A DNA stretch of 64,000 bases from Candidatus Caribbeanibacter nitroreducens (GTDB lineage: Bacteria; Gemmatimonadota; Gemmatimonadetes; Palauibacterales; Palauibacteraceae), in contig CANPVF010000159.1 in NCBI GenBank assembly GCA_947581645.1, forward strand, positions 2,904 to 66,903, in the 5' to 3' direction. The notes beneath the pieces are model-generated. The model was not told the origin of the DNA and ran no database searches. It saw only the letters and a list, made by a program, of their open reading frames with translations. Both the position numbers and the translations under genes were made by a program. Shown here piece by piece: positions 19,784 through 29,183 of the stretch (its first letter is position 1; each line of letters begins with the position of its first letter).

Positions 19784-20898
19784 CGACCGCCTCCCGTCTC
19801 CGTCGGCGTCCACGAGCGGCTGGCCACGTCCCCGGCGGGCGTGCCGTCCGCCAGCCGCGGCGCCGGGCTCCGCACGACGCGGTCGCCGGGCGAGAGGCCC
19901 GCCAGGGCCTCCACGCTGCCCTCGCGGCGCTCACCGGTTCGAATCCAGCGGAGCCGGAGCGTGTCCGCGCTCAGGACGAAGACGCCGGCCAGCTGGCCGC
20001 GGTGCACCACGGCGTCCTCCGGGACCCACACCGAGGGAGGCGCGAACCCCGGCAGCCTCAGACGGACGAAGCTCCCGGGGGAGAGAGCGAGTCCTCCGGC
20101 CCCTTCCTCCCGGAAGCGGGCCTCCACGCGGAACTGCCGGGTGGAAGCCTCCACGGCCGGCGACACGCGGACGATCTCCGCGGCGGCCGTCCGCCCGCTG
20201 GCGGGGTCGACCACCGTGGCCCCGGTGCCGGACTCCACCTCCGGAGCGAGCTCCGCCGGCAGGTCCGCCACGATCTTCACCGACCCGGTCTCGACCAGCG
20301 TGAGCACCGGTCGTCCCGGGGCCGCCAGGTCGCCCGGATCCACGCTCCGCCGGGTCACGACGCCGTCGAAGGGCGCCCTCAGGACCACGTAGTCGCGCTG
20401 GGCCCGGGCCTCCTCCAGCGCCGCCCGTGCCTGCTCCAGGCCGGCCCGGGCGTCGTCGAGCTCCTGCTCGGTGGCCGCGCCGTCGGCGGCCAGGGACTGG
20501 ATGCGGCCGTAGTACTTCTCCGCCTTCCGGAGGGCGGCCTCGGCCCGGGAGATGCGGGCCTGCACGTCCTCGCCGTCCAGGGCCACCAGGGTGTCGCCGC
20601 GGCTCACCCGGCTCCCGACGTCCACGGTCACGCGCTCGACGGTGCCGCTCATCCGGGTGGCGATGCCGGCGGTGCTGGCCGCCTCCACGGTGGCCGCCAC
20701 CGACCGCTCGGTCGCCGCCGTCTCGGCTCCGCTCACCTGGACGTCCACCGGCGAGAGGGTCTCCCCGTGGGGAGCCGTCTCCTCGCCGCCGCACGCCGCC
20801 AGGCCCGCCGCGACGAACACCGCCGCCGCGGCCGCTGCGGTCCGCAGCCTGTTGCCCCCGACAGGGGGCGAGCTGTCCCTGCGATCGTGTCCAATCAT
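19780..20898 (-). CDS. RND periplasmic adaptor (membrane fusion protein), lipoprotein
   Basis: Lipobox LAAC; lipoyl halves SGTVERV...G and LRAPFDGVV; GLSPGDRVV. Confidence 0.92.
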   Translation of the reverse strand: MIGHDRRDSSPPVGGNRLRTAAAAAAVFVAAGLAACGGEETAPHGETLSPVDVQVSGAETAATERSVAATVEAASTAGIATRMSGTVERVTVDVGSRVSRGDTLVALDGEDVQARISRAEAALRKAEKYYGRIQSLAADGAATEQELDDARAGLEQARAALEEARAQRDYVVLRAPFDGVVTRRSVDPGDLAAPGRPVLTLVETGSVKIVADLPAELAPEVESGTGATVVDPASGRTAAAEIVRVSPAVEASTRQFRVEARFREEGAGGLALSPGSFVRLRLPGFAPPSVWVPEDAVVHRGQLAGVFVLSADTLRLRWIRTGERREGSVEALAGLSPGDRVVRSPAPRLADGTPAGDVASRSWTPTETGGGR

Positions 20899-22304
20899 CG
20901 TCCCCCTCCGGGGCTTCTCGAGTCTGTGACATCCTGTGATTCGGCGAAGCGGAGGCGAGCGCGTGCCACGTGATAGCCGGCCAGCGCCTCGATGGCCCGA
21001 CTCCGCATGGCCGTGACCCGGCTCTCGGCCCGCAGCACGTCCGAAGCGATGGCGAGCCCCTCCTCGAAGCGGCGCCGCGTCAGGTCACGGCCCCGTTCCG
21101 CGGCCCGTCGCGCCGCCCGCGTGGCCTGGAGCCGCTGGCGGGCGGACTCCACGGCGCGCCGGGCCTGGCGCACCTCCGCGGTGGCCTCCCGCACCGCGCT
21201 CGTGTACTGGAGCCTGGCCTCCTGTGCGGCCAGGTCGGCCCGCTCCCGGGCCGCCTCCCGGCCGAGTCCGGCGAACAGCGTCCACCGGAGCTGCACCCCC
21301 ACCGACCAGTGGTCCCCGTCGGCGCCGAGCGGCGTGTCGGCGTCGTGCAGGGCCCAGCGGCCGAAGGCGTCCAGGGCCGGCAGGTACTGGCGCCAGGCGG
21401 CGTCCTCCTCGGAGCGCGCCGCCTCGGCCATGGCCTCCAGGGCCCGGAGGTCGGCACGGCCCTCCGGACGGAACTCCCCATCCGGCGCCGGCGTCTCGGG
21501 AGCGGTCATGGTGTCGGCGGGCACGGGCACCGAGTCCGGGCTCCACCCCAGGAAGAGACCCAGGCGCTCCCGGGCCTCCCTCAGGTTCCTGCGTGCCTCG
21601 ATCCTCCGGGCCCGGGCGGCCTCCACCTCCGCCTCGGCCTGCAGCACGTCGGCGTCGGTCAGGAGGCCCTCGTCGCGGCGCCTCCGGAACAGCTCCAGGT
21701 TGGACTCGGCGGCGTCCTCGGCGGCCCGCGCCGCCTCGAGCTGAGCCTCGGCCCGGGCCGCGCCGTAATAGAGGGCCCGCGCGCGGAACTCCGTGCCCTC
21801 CCGGCTCCGCTCCGCCCGCCACCGGGCCGCCGCCGCCTGGCTGGACGCCGCGCTCCTCTGCGCCCAGCGGCTCGGGTCGACGACGCTCCACTGGACCTCG
21901 GCCGCCGACGTCCAGTCGGAGATCGCGGCCGGATCGTTCAGGGCGTCGATGGCCAGGTCCGCCCCCGCGAAGCGTCCCTGGCGGAGCTTCGTCCCGAAGA
22001 CGCCCACCGGGTCCGTGGTGCGCTGCCAGCCGCTGGTGACCTGCACCCTCGGAAGCAGCGCGCTGGTGGCGCCCCGGACCCCGGCGTCCGCCATCCGCTC
22101 CCGTAGACGGCTCGCCTCCAGGTCCGGATTCCCCTCCACCGCCTCGGCCACGGTCTCCTCCAGCGTGAGCGGGCGACGGAGCACGGTGTCGGACGCGGCG
22201 GCGGGCGCCTCCTGCGCCCCGGCCGAGGCCACGGGCAGCAGCAGTGCCGCGGCGGCCGCCACGAGCAGCCCTCCCGCCCTGTCGATGGCTGTGATCCTGG
22301 GCAT
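20895..22304 (-). CDS. TolC family outer membrane efflux protein
   Basis: Signal peptide, LTLEETVAEAVEGNPDL, duplicated helical/beta repeats, RRFEEGL; first gene of the RND operon. Confidence 0.9.
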   Translation of the reverse strand: MPRITAIDRAGGLLVAAAAALLLPVASAGAQEAPAAASDTVLRRPLTLEETVAEAVEGNPDLEASRLRERMADAGVRGATSALLPRVQVTSGWQRTTDPVGVFGTKLRQGRFAGADLAIDALNDPAAISDWTSAAEVQWSVVDPSRWAQRSAASSQAAAARWRAERSREGTEFRARALYYGAARAEAQLEAARAAEDAAESNLELFRRRRDEGLLTDADVLQAEAEVEAARARRIEARRNLREARERLGLFLGWSPDSVPVPADTMTAPETPAPDGEFRPEGRADLRALEAMAEAARSEEDAAWRQYLPALDAFGRWALHDADTPLGADGDHWSVGVQLRWTLFAGLGREAARERADLAAQEARLQYTSAVREATAEVRQARRAVESARQRLQATRAARRAAERGRDLTRRRFEEGLAIASDVLRAESRVTAMRSRAIEALAGYHVARARLRFAESQDVTDSRSPGGGR

Positions 22305-22370
22305 GCGGACGATCCTCCCGATGAACGGTGGCAGCCCCGGTCGTTTCCGCGCCGTGCGGAGCCCCCGGAG

Positions 22371-22404
22371 CATTATTTAACTGATTAGTTATATAGTTAT
22401 GTAG
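22371..22404. promoter_or_regulatory. AT-rich promoter/operator of the RND operon
   Basis: CATTATTTAACTGATTAGTTATATAGTTATGTAG containing inverted repeat TAACT-gatt-AGTTA (22378-22391). Confidence 0.55.
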
Positions 22405-22588
22405 TCGCCGTGTTCCGCCGAACCTCGCTCTCGGCTCGGAACCGACAAGCTAGCGGGGGTGACGGGCAGCGTCCGTCGGGGAAGTGCGGACCGCCGATGT
22501 GGGGAAGACTCCGGGATCGGAGCCGGGGAAGTTCAGAGGATGGGGCGGGGCTCGGGCCCCGGAGAGCTGAGGCTCCGGACGGTCGGGC

Positions 22589-23797
22589 TCAGCCGCCGCA
22601 CCAGAGGTCGCCGACCAGTTCCGCCTTGCTCCAGTGCTCGCCCGGGAGGCCCGTCCCGCCCTTCCGCCACCGGGCGGCGGGGCTCCCGCAGCGACCCTCC
22701 GGGCACGAGAACCAGCCCAGGGCGCCCGGCTTCAGGGGCACCCGGGCCGCGTCCACCACCCGCCGCCGGGCGGCGTCCACCGTGACCACGAGGCCCGGAT
22801 CCGGCACCGTCACCAGCGCGCGTCGGCCGTCGGGGGAGAAGCGCAGCGCCCGCGGCCGGCCCGGCAGCTCCACGCCTCCCACACGCTCGCGCCGGCCGGC
22901 GTCGAAGATCTGGAGGTCGCCGCTGCCGGCGTGGAGGGCCCACACCTCCCCGGCCCCGGGGCGGCGCTGCAGCTGCACGGGAACCGAGCCGCCGGAGGGC
23001 ATCTCGCCCAGGATCTCCTCGGTGCGGCCGTCCACGATCCACAGCCGGTCGCCGTCGCGGTCGGCCACCCAGGCCGCGCCCTCCGGGCCCACGGCCACGC
23101 TCCCGACGCCCCGGTCCAGCGGCACCGTGTTGGCCGCCACCGTCACCCGGTCGATGACGGTGAGGGTCCCGGCCTCGCGGTTGGTGACGAAGAGGTACCG
23201 GTCGTCGCGGCTCACGGCGCCGGACTGGGGCGAGCTCTCCCCGATCGTCCACTGCATCAGGAGCTCGCCGGTGGCCGCCTCCAGCGTGAGCACCCGGCCG
23301 TTCCGCTCCGCCGCCACCCAGATCCGGCTGCCCTCGTGCCCGGACCACACGTCGGTGATGGCCCCGGTGCGTCCGAGGTAGAACCGGCCGGCCGTCCGGC
23401 GGCCCGCCAGGTCGAGCACCGTCACGGCTCCCACCTCCGCGGCCCGCTCTCCGTCGCCGGGGGGCGGCGCCGGCCCGCGCCCGGCCTCGGGACCGGACGT
23501 CGTCGCCGGCGGCCGCACCGAGTGGGCCACGTACGCTCGCGAGCCTCCCGGCGCCGGCGACAGCTGGTGCACCTGGCCTCCCATGCTCATGCGGGCGGCC
23601 ACGCCCCAGCAGGTCGTGTCCAGCAGCGAGACGTCCCCGGACGTCACGTCGGCCGCCGCCACCACCCCGGATTCCTGGGCGTGGAGCGCCGCCGGCAGCA
23701 CTCCGATGACGAGCAGTGCGACGACCGCCAGTGCGAGGACCGGAGCCAGCGGGGGGCGGTCGGCTACCGACTGTGGGCGAGGCGGACGAAAACTCAT
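22589..23797 (-). CDS. Secreted YncE/YVTN-type beta-propeller protein
   Basis: Signal peptide; repeated blades (RYLFVTNREAGTLTVID, FSPDGRRALVT); alternative start at 23824. Confidence 0.7.
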   Translation of the reverse strand: MSFRPPRPQSVADRPPLAPVLALAVVALLVIGVLPAALHAQESGVVAAADVTSGDVSLLDTTCWGVAARMSMGGQVHQLSPAPGGSRAYVAHSVRPPATTSGPEAGRGPAPPPGDGERAAEVGAVTVLDLAGRRTAGRFYLGRTGAITDVWSGHEGSRIWVAAERNGRVLTLEAATGELLMQWTIGESSPQSGAVSRDDRYLFVTNREAGTLTVIDRVTVAANTVPLDRGVGSVAVGPEGAAWVADRDGDRLWIVDGRTEEILGEMPSGGSVPVQLQRRPGAGEVWALHAGSGDLQIFDAGRRERVGGVELPGRPRALRFSPDGRRALVTVPDPGLVVTVDAARRRVVDAARVPLKPGALGWFSCPEGRCGSPAARWRKGGTGLPGEHWSKAELVGDLWCGG

Positions 23798-23986
23798 CGA
23801 ATCGGCACCAGGTCGTTCGGCCACGGGAGAGAGGGCGTAAGGCGGTCGGGGAGCCGCGCGCTGCAGGGAGCGCGGCCGCCGGTGCGCCGGCGGGGAAAGA
23901 TACGGAGAGGGAGCGCTCCGTGCAGGCGGCGTAAAGCGGTCCGGACGCGGCAGAGGCAGGCGACCGGAGGCCGCTCCGCGCCGGAG

Positions 23987-25012
23987 CTACGAGGCCCGCA
24001 CCCGGCTCTCCTCGCCGACCCGGTGCGGGAGGCGAAGGGTGGCCCGGGTCCCCCCCGCACACTCCGCGGCCGCCAGATCGAGCCCTCCGTCGTCCCCGTA
24101 CAGGCGACCGAGCCGGGAGCGGACGGCCCGCAATCCCACGCCCGTCTCCTCCGGCGGCCACGGCTCGGGCAGGCCCACGCCGTCGTCCACGACGGCGACC
24201 TCCAGGGTCTCGCCGTCGGTGCGGGCGGCGATCCGGATCGTGCCCCGCCCGCCCTCCGGCGCCAGCCCGTGGCGCACCGCGTTCTCCACCAGGGGCTGGA
24301 GGATCAGGTTGGGGACCAGCGCCTCCCCCGCCCCGTCCTCCACGTCCACATCGAGCCGCAGCTCGCCCCCGAAGCGGGCACGCTCCACGTCCAGGTACTT
24401 GCCCACCAGCTCGATCTCCCGCCCGAGCGGCACCTCCTCCTCCCCGGCCCGGCCGATGGCCCGACGCAGGATGTCGCCGACCTTGGCCAGCGCCTCCACC
24501 GCTTCGTCGCTCCGTCGCTCGCGCACGAGGACGCCGATGGCGTGGAGCGAGTTCAGGAGGAAGTGGGGCGGCAGGTGCGTCTCGGAGAGGCGGAGCTCCA
24601 GCGACTCGATGCGGCGCAGGAGCTCGTCCGCGGTCTCCCGGTCCGGCGCCTCCTGGGCCACGCCCACGATGGCCTGTCGCTCGCCGTCGCTGCCGGCGAG
24701 CCCCCGGAGCGACACGACCAGCCGGCTCCGCCGGCCGTCGCTCGTGCGGTGGGGCATCTCGAGCTCGTCGAACTCCTCGCCCTCCCGCAGCCGCTCGAAG
24801 AGCTCCATGTACTCCGCCTCGTACTCCGGCGGCATGAAGGGGAGGAAGCGGCCCATGGCTTCCTGCTCGGTCCACCCGAAGATCCGGGTCGCCCCGCGGT
24901 TCCAGAGGATGACCCGGCCCCGGAGGTCCACGGCGACGATGGCCACGGTGGAGCTCAGGAGCACCGTGTCCGTGAATGCGTCGGTGGCCAGAGGCAGGTC
25001 CCGATCGGCCAT
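23987..25012 (-). CDS. Cytoplasmic PAS-domain histidine kinase, LytS/YehU type
   Basis: PAS (WNRGATRIFGW); PHFLLNSL, LQPLVENAVRHG, DDGVG and GVGL boxes; no TM segment. Confidence 0.85.
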   Translation of the reverse strand: MADRDLPLATDAFTDTVLLSSTVAIVAVDLRGRVILWNRGATRIFGWTEQEAMGRFLPFMPPEYEAEYMELFERLREGEEFDELEMPHRTSDGRRSRLVVSLRGLAGSDGERQAIVGVAQEAPDRETADELLRRIESLELRLSETHLPPHFLLNSLHAIGVLVRERRSDEAVEALAKVGDILRRAIGRAGEEEVPLGREIELVGKYLDVERARFGGELRLDVDVEDGAGEALVPNLILQPLVENAVRHGLAPEGGRGTIRIAARTDGETLEVAVVDDGVGLPEPWPPEETGVGLRAVRSRLGRLYGDDGGLDLAAAECAGGTRATLRLPHRVGEESRVRAS

Positions 25013-25175
25013 GGTCAGCGTCGTCCTCCGGGGAGCGGCGTCGTCGGCTCACCTTGCACAACGAGGCTGGAGCCGGTCCGGTTTCAGCCCCCGTACGGAG
25101 CGTGCGCTGTCTCCGCGACGTCGGACGTGGCACCGGTCGGTGCCGGCTCCACTTACTGTGACGTCGCCCGTCGCC

Positions 25176-26582
25176 TCAGGGTTGCACGGACGGGTGGCCG
25201 GTGGGCAGCGACCGCCACCGCGGGGGCACCGCCGGATGTCCCGACGGCAGCTCGCCCCGGACGGTCGAGACGGCCGGAAGGCCGCCGGCCCGGCCTGTCG
25301 CCCGCACGCCGGGGTGTCCCTCCGGCAGACCGGACGCCGCCACCGTCGTGTCGCCGACGCTCATTTCCGGGTGGTCCCCGGGCAGCTGGCGGCCCGGCTC
25401 GGCGCCGGCGATGTCCGCGTGGCACGCGCCGCAGTTGCTGCCCTCCACCTCCCATCCGTGGGCGTCGTGGCAGGCCGCGCAGTCCTCCAGCTTCACCCCG
25501 GCCAGCCCGCGGTGGAAGGGCGTCAGGGTGTCCGGGCTCGCATGGCAACCGGCGCCCGTGCAGGTGGCGAACGCCGCCGCCGGCTGCTCCTGCGCGTGCG
25601 GATCGTGGCACTGGCCGCACCCGGGGCCGTGGGGGTCCTCGCCCACCTGCACCGTCTCCATCTCCTCCTCCATCTCGTGGCACGCCAGGCACTGCCTGCG
25701 GGACGGGCTGATGGCCACGCGGGCGGTATCCAGCGCCGCCCGCTCCGGGGCCGGCGCCGTGAACTCGTGGCACCCGAGACAGTGGAACGTGGTCTGGGAG
25801 GAGGCCATCTCGCCCAGGACGATCTCCGTGTCGCTCTCGGCGTGGCAGTCCGAGCCCGCACAGGTCTGGCTCGCCGGCACGAACTCGTGGACCTCCTCCC
25901 CGTGGCAGGTGACGCACATGACCTCCTCCAGCGCGGAGGAGTCGGACTCAAGGTGGATCCGATGTCCCGCCGTGGACGCTATGCGCTGCCAGGTGCTGTC
26001 CGGGTCCGCCTGGATGTGGCACTCCGTGCACCGCTCGTTCGGCACCGGGGCGTGCCCCCCGATCTCCTCGGGCCGCTCCAGGACCCAGAGGTAGACCTGC
26101 CGCATGCTGGCGCTGATGGGCTGCTGGTGGCAGTCGTGGCACTCGAGCTGGGCGTGCTCGCTGGCCGTGAACCGCTCGAAGGAGTCGCTCATCACGTGGC
26201 AGGAGACGCAGAAGGCGTTCTCGTGCTGCGTGTAGTTCCAGGCCTCCTGGCCGAACCAGGCCGCCCCGGTGACGAAGATCACCACGACCAGCCCCATGGC
26301 GGCCTGGACGGTGGCCGGCCGGGTCCGGATCCACTCCCAGATCTCCAGGCGCCGGTTCCAGAGGAAGACGGCCAGCCACACCGCGACGATGACGCCGAGC
26401 ACGGCCCCGCCGATCTGGATCCACTGGGGGACCTCGGAGAAGAAGAAGCGGAGGACCTCGGCGAGCCCGCCGGGAAGCGGGGCGCCCAGCTCCTCCCCGG
26501 GTCGCCCGTGGGGGATCGGCTGCTGCACCTGCTGCAGGGTCAGGGCCGCGTCCTGCAGGGTCGGTACCCGCGAGAGCATCAT
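25176..26582 (-). CDS. Membrane-anchored NapC/NirT-like multiheme cytochrome c, extended (9 CxxCH + 2 CX4CH)
   Basis: Two N-terminal TM helices, then NAFCVSCHVM...SEH...CHDCH as in NapC/NrfH; heme motifs counted in the translation. Confidence 0.85.
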   Translation of the reverse strand: MMLSRVPTLQDAALTLQQVQQPIPHGRPGEELGAPLPGGLAEVLRFFFSEVPQWIQIGGAVLGVIVAVWLAVFLWNRRLEIWEWIRTRPATVQAAMGLVVVIFVTGAAWFGQEAWNYTQHENAFCVSCHVMSDSFERFTASEHAQLECHDCHQQPISASMRQVYLWVLERPEEIGGHAPVPNERCTECHIQADPDSTWQRIASTAGHRIHLESDSSALEEVMCVTCHGEEVHEFVPASQTCAGSDCHAESDTEIVLGEMASSQTTFHCLGCHEFTAPAPERAALDTARVAISPSRRQCLACHEMEEEMETVQVGEDPHGPGCGQCHDPHAQEQPAAAFATCTGAGCHASPDTLTPFHRGLAGVKLEDCAACHDAHGWEVEGSNCGACHADIAGAEPGRQLPGDHPEMSVGDTTVAASGLPEGHPGVRATGRAGGLPAVSTVRGELPSGHPAVPPRWRSLPTGHPSVQP

Positions 26583-26708
26583 GGCTGCCTCCTCTTCTCA
26601 CGCCGGGCCCGACGGCCAGCGGCCTCCACCGCGGGCACTGGCATCCTTCGAGGCGCGGCACAACAATGTTCAGCCGTCCGTATTCCGTCTACCACAAGAA
26701 ACCCCTGC

Positions 26709-27653
26709 ATGTCGACCGCCTCCCCGTCAACCGAGGTGCCCACCCGGCGCGACGTCTGGGTCCGGATGCTCATCTACCCGCGGCACACCCTGCCCACCGC
26801 GCTGGGGCCGGTCGTGGTGGCCGCGGGACTGGCCCTCCACGACGGGATGTTCGCCCCCGGCGCGGCGGTCGCCGCCCTGGCCGCCGGGTGGCTCATCCAG
26901 CTCGGCGGAGTCATCGCCGACAACTACCACAACCTCCGGCGGCACCCCGACGATCGCGAACATCCGCTCCTGGTCCGGGCCCTGGAGGCCGGCGTCGTGG
27001 ATCTCCGGCTCCTGGCCCGGGCCACGGCCGGCTGCTATCTGCTGGCCGCGCTGCCCGGCGCCTACCTGGTATGGGTCGGTGGTCTCCCGATGGTGGCCCT
27101 CGGTGTCGCCAGCGCGGCCGCCAGCCTCGCCTATTCCTCCGATCCGCTGCGACTCGGCGACCGTGGCCTCGGTGATCCCCTCTTCTTCCTCTTCTTCGGG
27201 CTCGTCTCGGTCTGGGGCGCCTACTACGCCCAGGCCGCGGCGACGCTGGGAGGAGCGTTCCCGGCGGAGGCGCTGACGCCGGAGTCCCTGGTGGCGAGCC
27301 TCCCCATGGCGGCCCTGATCACGAACATCCTCCTCATCGACAACATCCGCGACCTCCGCTTCGATCGCGAGAAGGGCGAGCGGACGCTGGCCGTGATCAT
27401 CGGCCGCGACTGGACCGAGGTGGAGATGGGCGTCCTCACCGCCCTGGCGTACGCCGTGCCGTTCTGGTTCCTGACGCGAGCGGATCACGGCCCGGCGCTC
27501 CTCCTCCCCCTGCTCACGGCCCCCTTCGCCGTGGTGATCCTCCGGAGGGTGCGGGGGGCGGATCACTGGAAGGATCTCGTGCCGCTCACGCCCCGGGCCG
27601 GTCAGCTCGTCGTGGCCTACGCGGCCCTCTTCGCCCTGGGCCTGGCCCTCTGA
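26709..27653 (+). CDS. menA: 1,4-dihydroxy-2-naphthoate prenyltransferase (UbiA family)
   Basis: PRHTLP, GLGDPLFFLFFG and NILLIDNIRDLRFDREKGERTLAV motifs; C-terminal part of the 24039..27653 frame. Confidence 0.88.
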   Translation: MSTASPSTEVPTRRDVWVRMLIYPRHTLPTALGPVVVAAGLALHDGMFAPGAAVAALAAGWLIQLGGVIADNYHNLRRHPDDREHPLLVRALEAGVVDLRLLARATAGCYLLAALPGAYLVWVGGLPMVALGVASAAASLAYSSDPLRLGDRGLGDPLFFLFFGLVSVWGAYYAQAAATLGGAFPAEALTPESLVASLPMAALITNILLIDNIRDLRFDREKGERTLAVIIGRDWTEVEMGVLTALAYAVPFWFLTRADHGPALLLPLLTAPFAVVILRRVRGADHWKDLVPLTPRAGQLVVAYAALFALGLAL

Positions 27654-27675
27654 GCGTCGGCGCCGGAGAGGGATC

Positions 27676-28317
27676 CTACGGCCCCACCAGGCCGAGCCAG
27701 TAGATCCCGACGAACACCGAGAGCGCGGAGCAGCCCGCCAGCAGACCCGCGTAGGCGTTCCGCCCCGAGAGGGAGAGTCGCCGCCCGGCGTGACCCATCA
27801 GGGCGGCGTAGATCGACATCGCCGCCACGGTGCCGGCGGCGAAGAAGAGCAGATAGGCGATCGAGCCGAGACGGGTGGGAAGCGCCAGGGCCGGAAGCAC
27901 GCCCAGGACGTGGCCGGCCCCGGCCGTGCCGTGCAGCAGGCCGACGGCGAACGCCGCCCGTCCTTCCCGCCCGTGCAGCGCCTCCTGGTGACGCTCCGCG
28001 TCGTCGGGGCTCCGGAGGACGCGGATCACCGCGGTCAGCGCCCACAGCCCCACCGCCACGAGGCTGATGCCGACGGCTCGCTCGCTCCACGCCGTCACCT
28101 GCTCCATGGGGAGCGCCTCGCGCAGCAGCGCCGCGGCCAGCCCGATCACCATCACGCCGCCGGCGTGGCCGACGCCCCACCGGAATCCGGTGCGCCACGC
28201 TCCCGACTGGCGACTGGCGGCCAGGGGCGAGACCACCGCCAGGTGGTCGGCGCCGGCCAGCACGTGGCCGGCCCCCGCCACCAGCCCGATCAGCGCCCCC
28301 TCCAGCACGACGGTCAT
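27676..28317 (-). CDS. Nickel permease (UreH/NiCoT-like)
   Basis: HVLAGADHLA, WGVGH and GLLHGTAG motifs; about 6 TM; last gene of the hyp operon. Confidence 0.82.
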   Translation of the reverse strand: MTVVLEGALIGLVAGAGHVLAGADHLAVVSPLAASRQSGAWRTGFRWGVGHAGGVMVIGLAAALLREALPMEQVTAWSERAVGISLVAVGLWALTAVIRVLRSPDDAERHQEALHGREGRAAFAVGLLHGTAGAGHVLGVLPALALPTRLGSIAYLLFFAAGTVAAMSIYAALMGHAGRRLSLSGRNAYAGLLAGCSALSVFVGIYWLGLVGP

Positions 28318-29183
28318 CGGGACACGTCCCCGCCGTCGAACTCGGGGCTCCGCTTCTCGAAGAACGCCGCCAGGCCCTCGGCGAAGTCCTCGCCGTCGGC
28401 GACCCGGGACAGGTTCTCCAGCTCGTCGTCCATGTGGTAATCCAGCTGGTCGATACCCGCCGCCTGGTGCACCAGCCGCTTCGCCACGGCGTAGGCCTCC
28501 GTGGGCCCGGAGGCCAGCTCCCGGGCCACGCTCCGCAGCTCGTCGTCGAACGCCTGCGCCGGCCACACGCGATTCACCAGCCCCATCTCGGCGGCCTCCG
28601 CGGCGTCGAGCCGGGGGTTCAGGAACACCAGCTCCAGCGCCTTCCGGAGGCCCAGGAGCCGGGGGAGGAAGAACGTGGAGCTCTCGGCCCCGGTGAGGCC
28701 CGTCTTGTGGTACGCCCACTCGAAGCGGGCGTCCTCCGAGGCGAAGACCAGGTCGCACGCCATGGCGATGCCGAAACCGCCGGCGGCCGCCATGCCGTCC
28801 ACACCGGCCAGGAAGGGCTTCGGCGCCCGCTTGATCTCCGAGATGGCGCTGTGGATGTACTCCAGGATCTCCTTGAAGGCGCGGCCGTGGCCGCCCTCCT
28901 CGGCGCCGACGCCCTCGGGCTGCAGATAGCCGAAGTCCTCGTCGTCGCCGTGGTCGCGGACGTACTTCAGGTCGGCGCCGCTGCAGAACACGCCGCCGCT
29001 CCCGCGGAGGATCACGCACCGGACCTCCTCCTCGCGGGAGAACTGGAGCCCGGCCTTCCGGAAGTCCTTCGCCGTGGCCACGTCCAGGGAGTTGAAGCGG
29101 TCCGGCCGGTCGATGGTGATGATCCCCACGGCACCGTCCCGCTCCATCCGGATGTTCTCCATGCCCTCCGCCCGCGCCGTCAC
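28314..29183 (-). CDS. Crotonase-fold (enoyl-CoA hydratase/isomerase) protein; candidate HypX C-terminal-domain equivalent
   Basis: DRPDRFNSL, FCSGADL, GMAAAGG...ACD and GLVNRV motifs; GTG overlaps the formyltransferase stop. Confidence 0.88.
   Translation of the reverse strand: MTARAEGMENIRMERDGAVGIITIDRPDRFNSLDVATAKDFRKAGLQFSREEEVRCVILRGSGGVFCSGADLKYVRDHGDDEDFGYLQPEGVGAEEGGHGRAFKEILEYIHSAISEIKRAPKPFLAGVDGMAAAGGFGIAMACDLVFASEDARFEWAYHKTGLTGAESSTFFLPRLLGLRKALELVFLNPRLDAAEAAEMGLVNRVWPAQAFDDELRSVARELASGPTEAYAVAKRLVHQAAGIDQLDYHMDDELENLSRVADGEDFAEGLAAFFEKRSPEFDGGDVSR

Noticed and set aside
24039..27653. 1204-aa fusion ORF ending in MenA
   Set aside because: Only the part from ATG 26709 is MenA-like; the rest lies antisense to the kinase and cytochrome genes.
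28314..29183. Crotonase as MenB because menA is nearby
   Set aside because: It has FCSGADL rather than the MenB FCSGGDQ motif and is coupled to the hyp operon on the opposite strand from menA.
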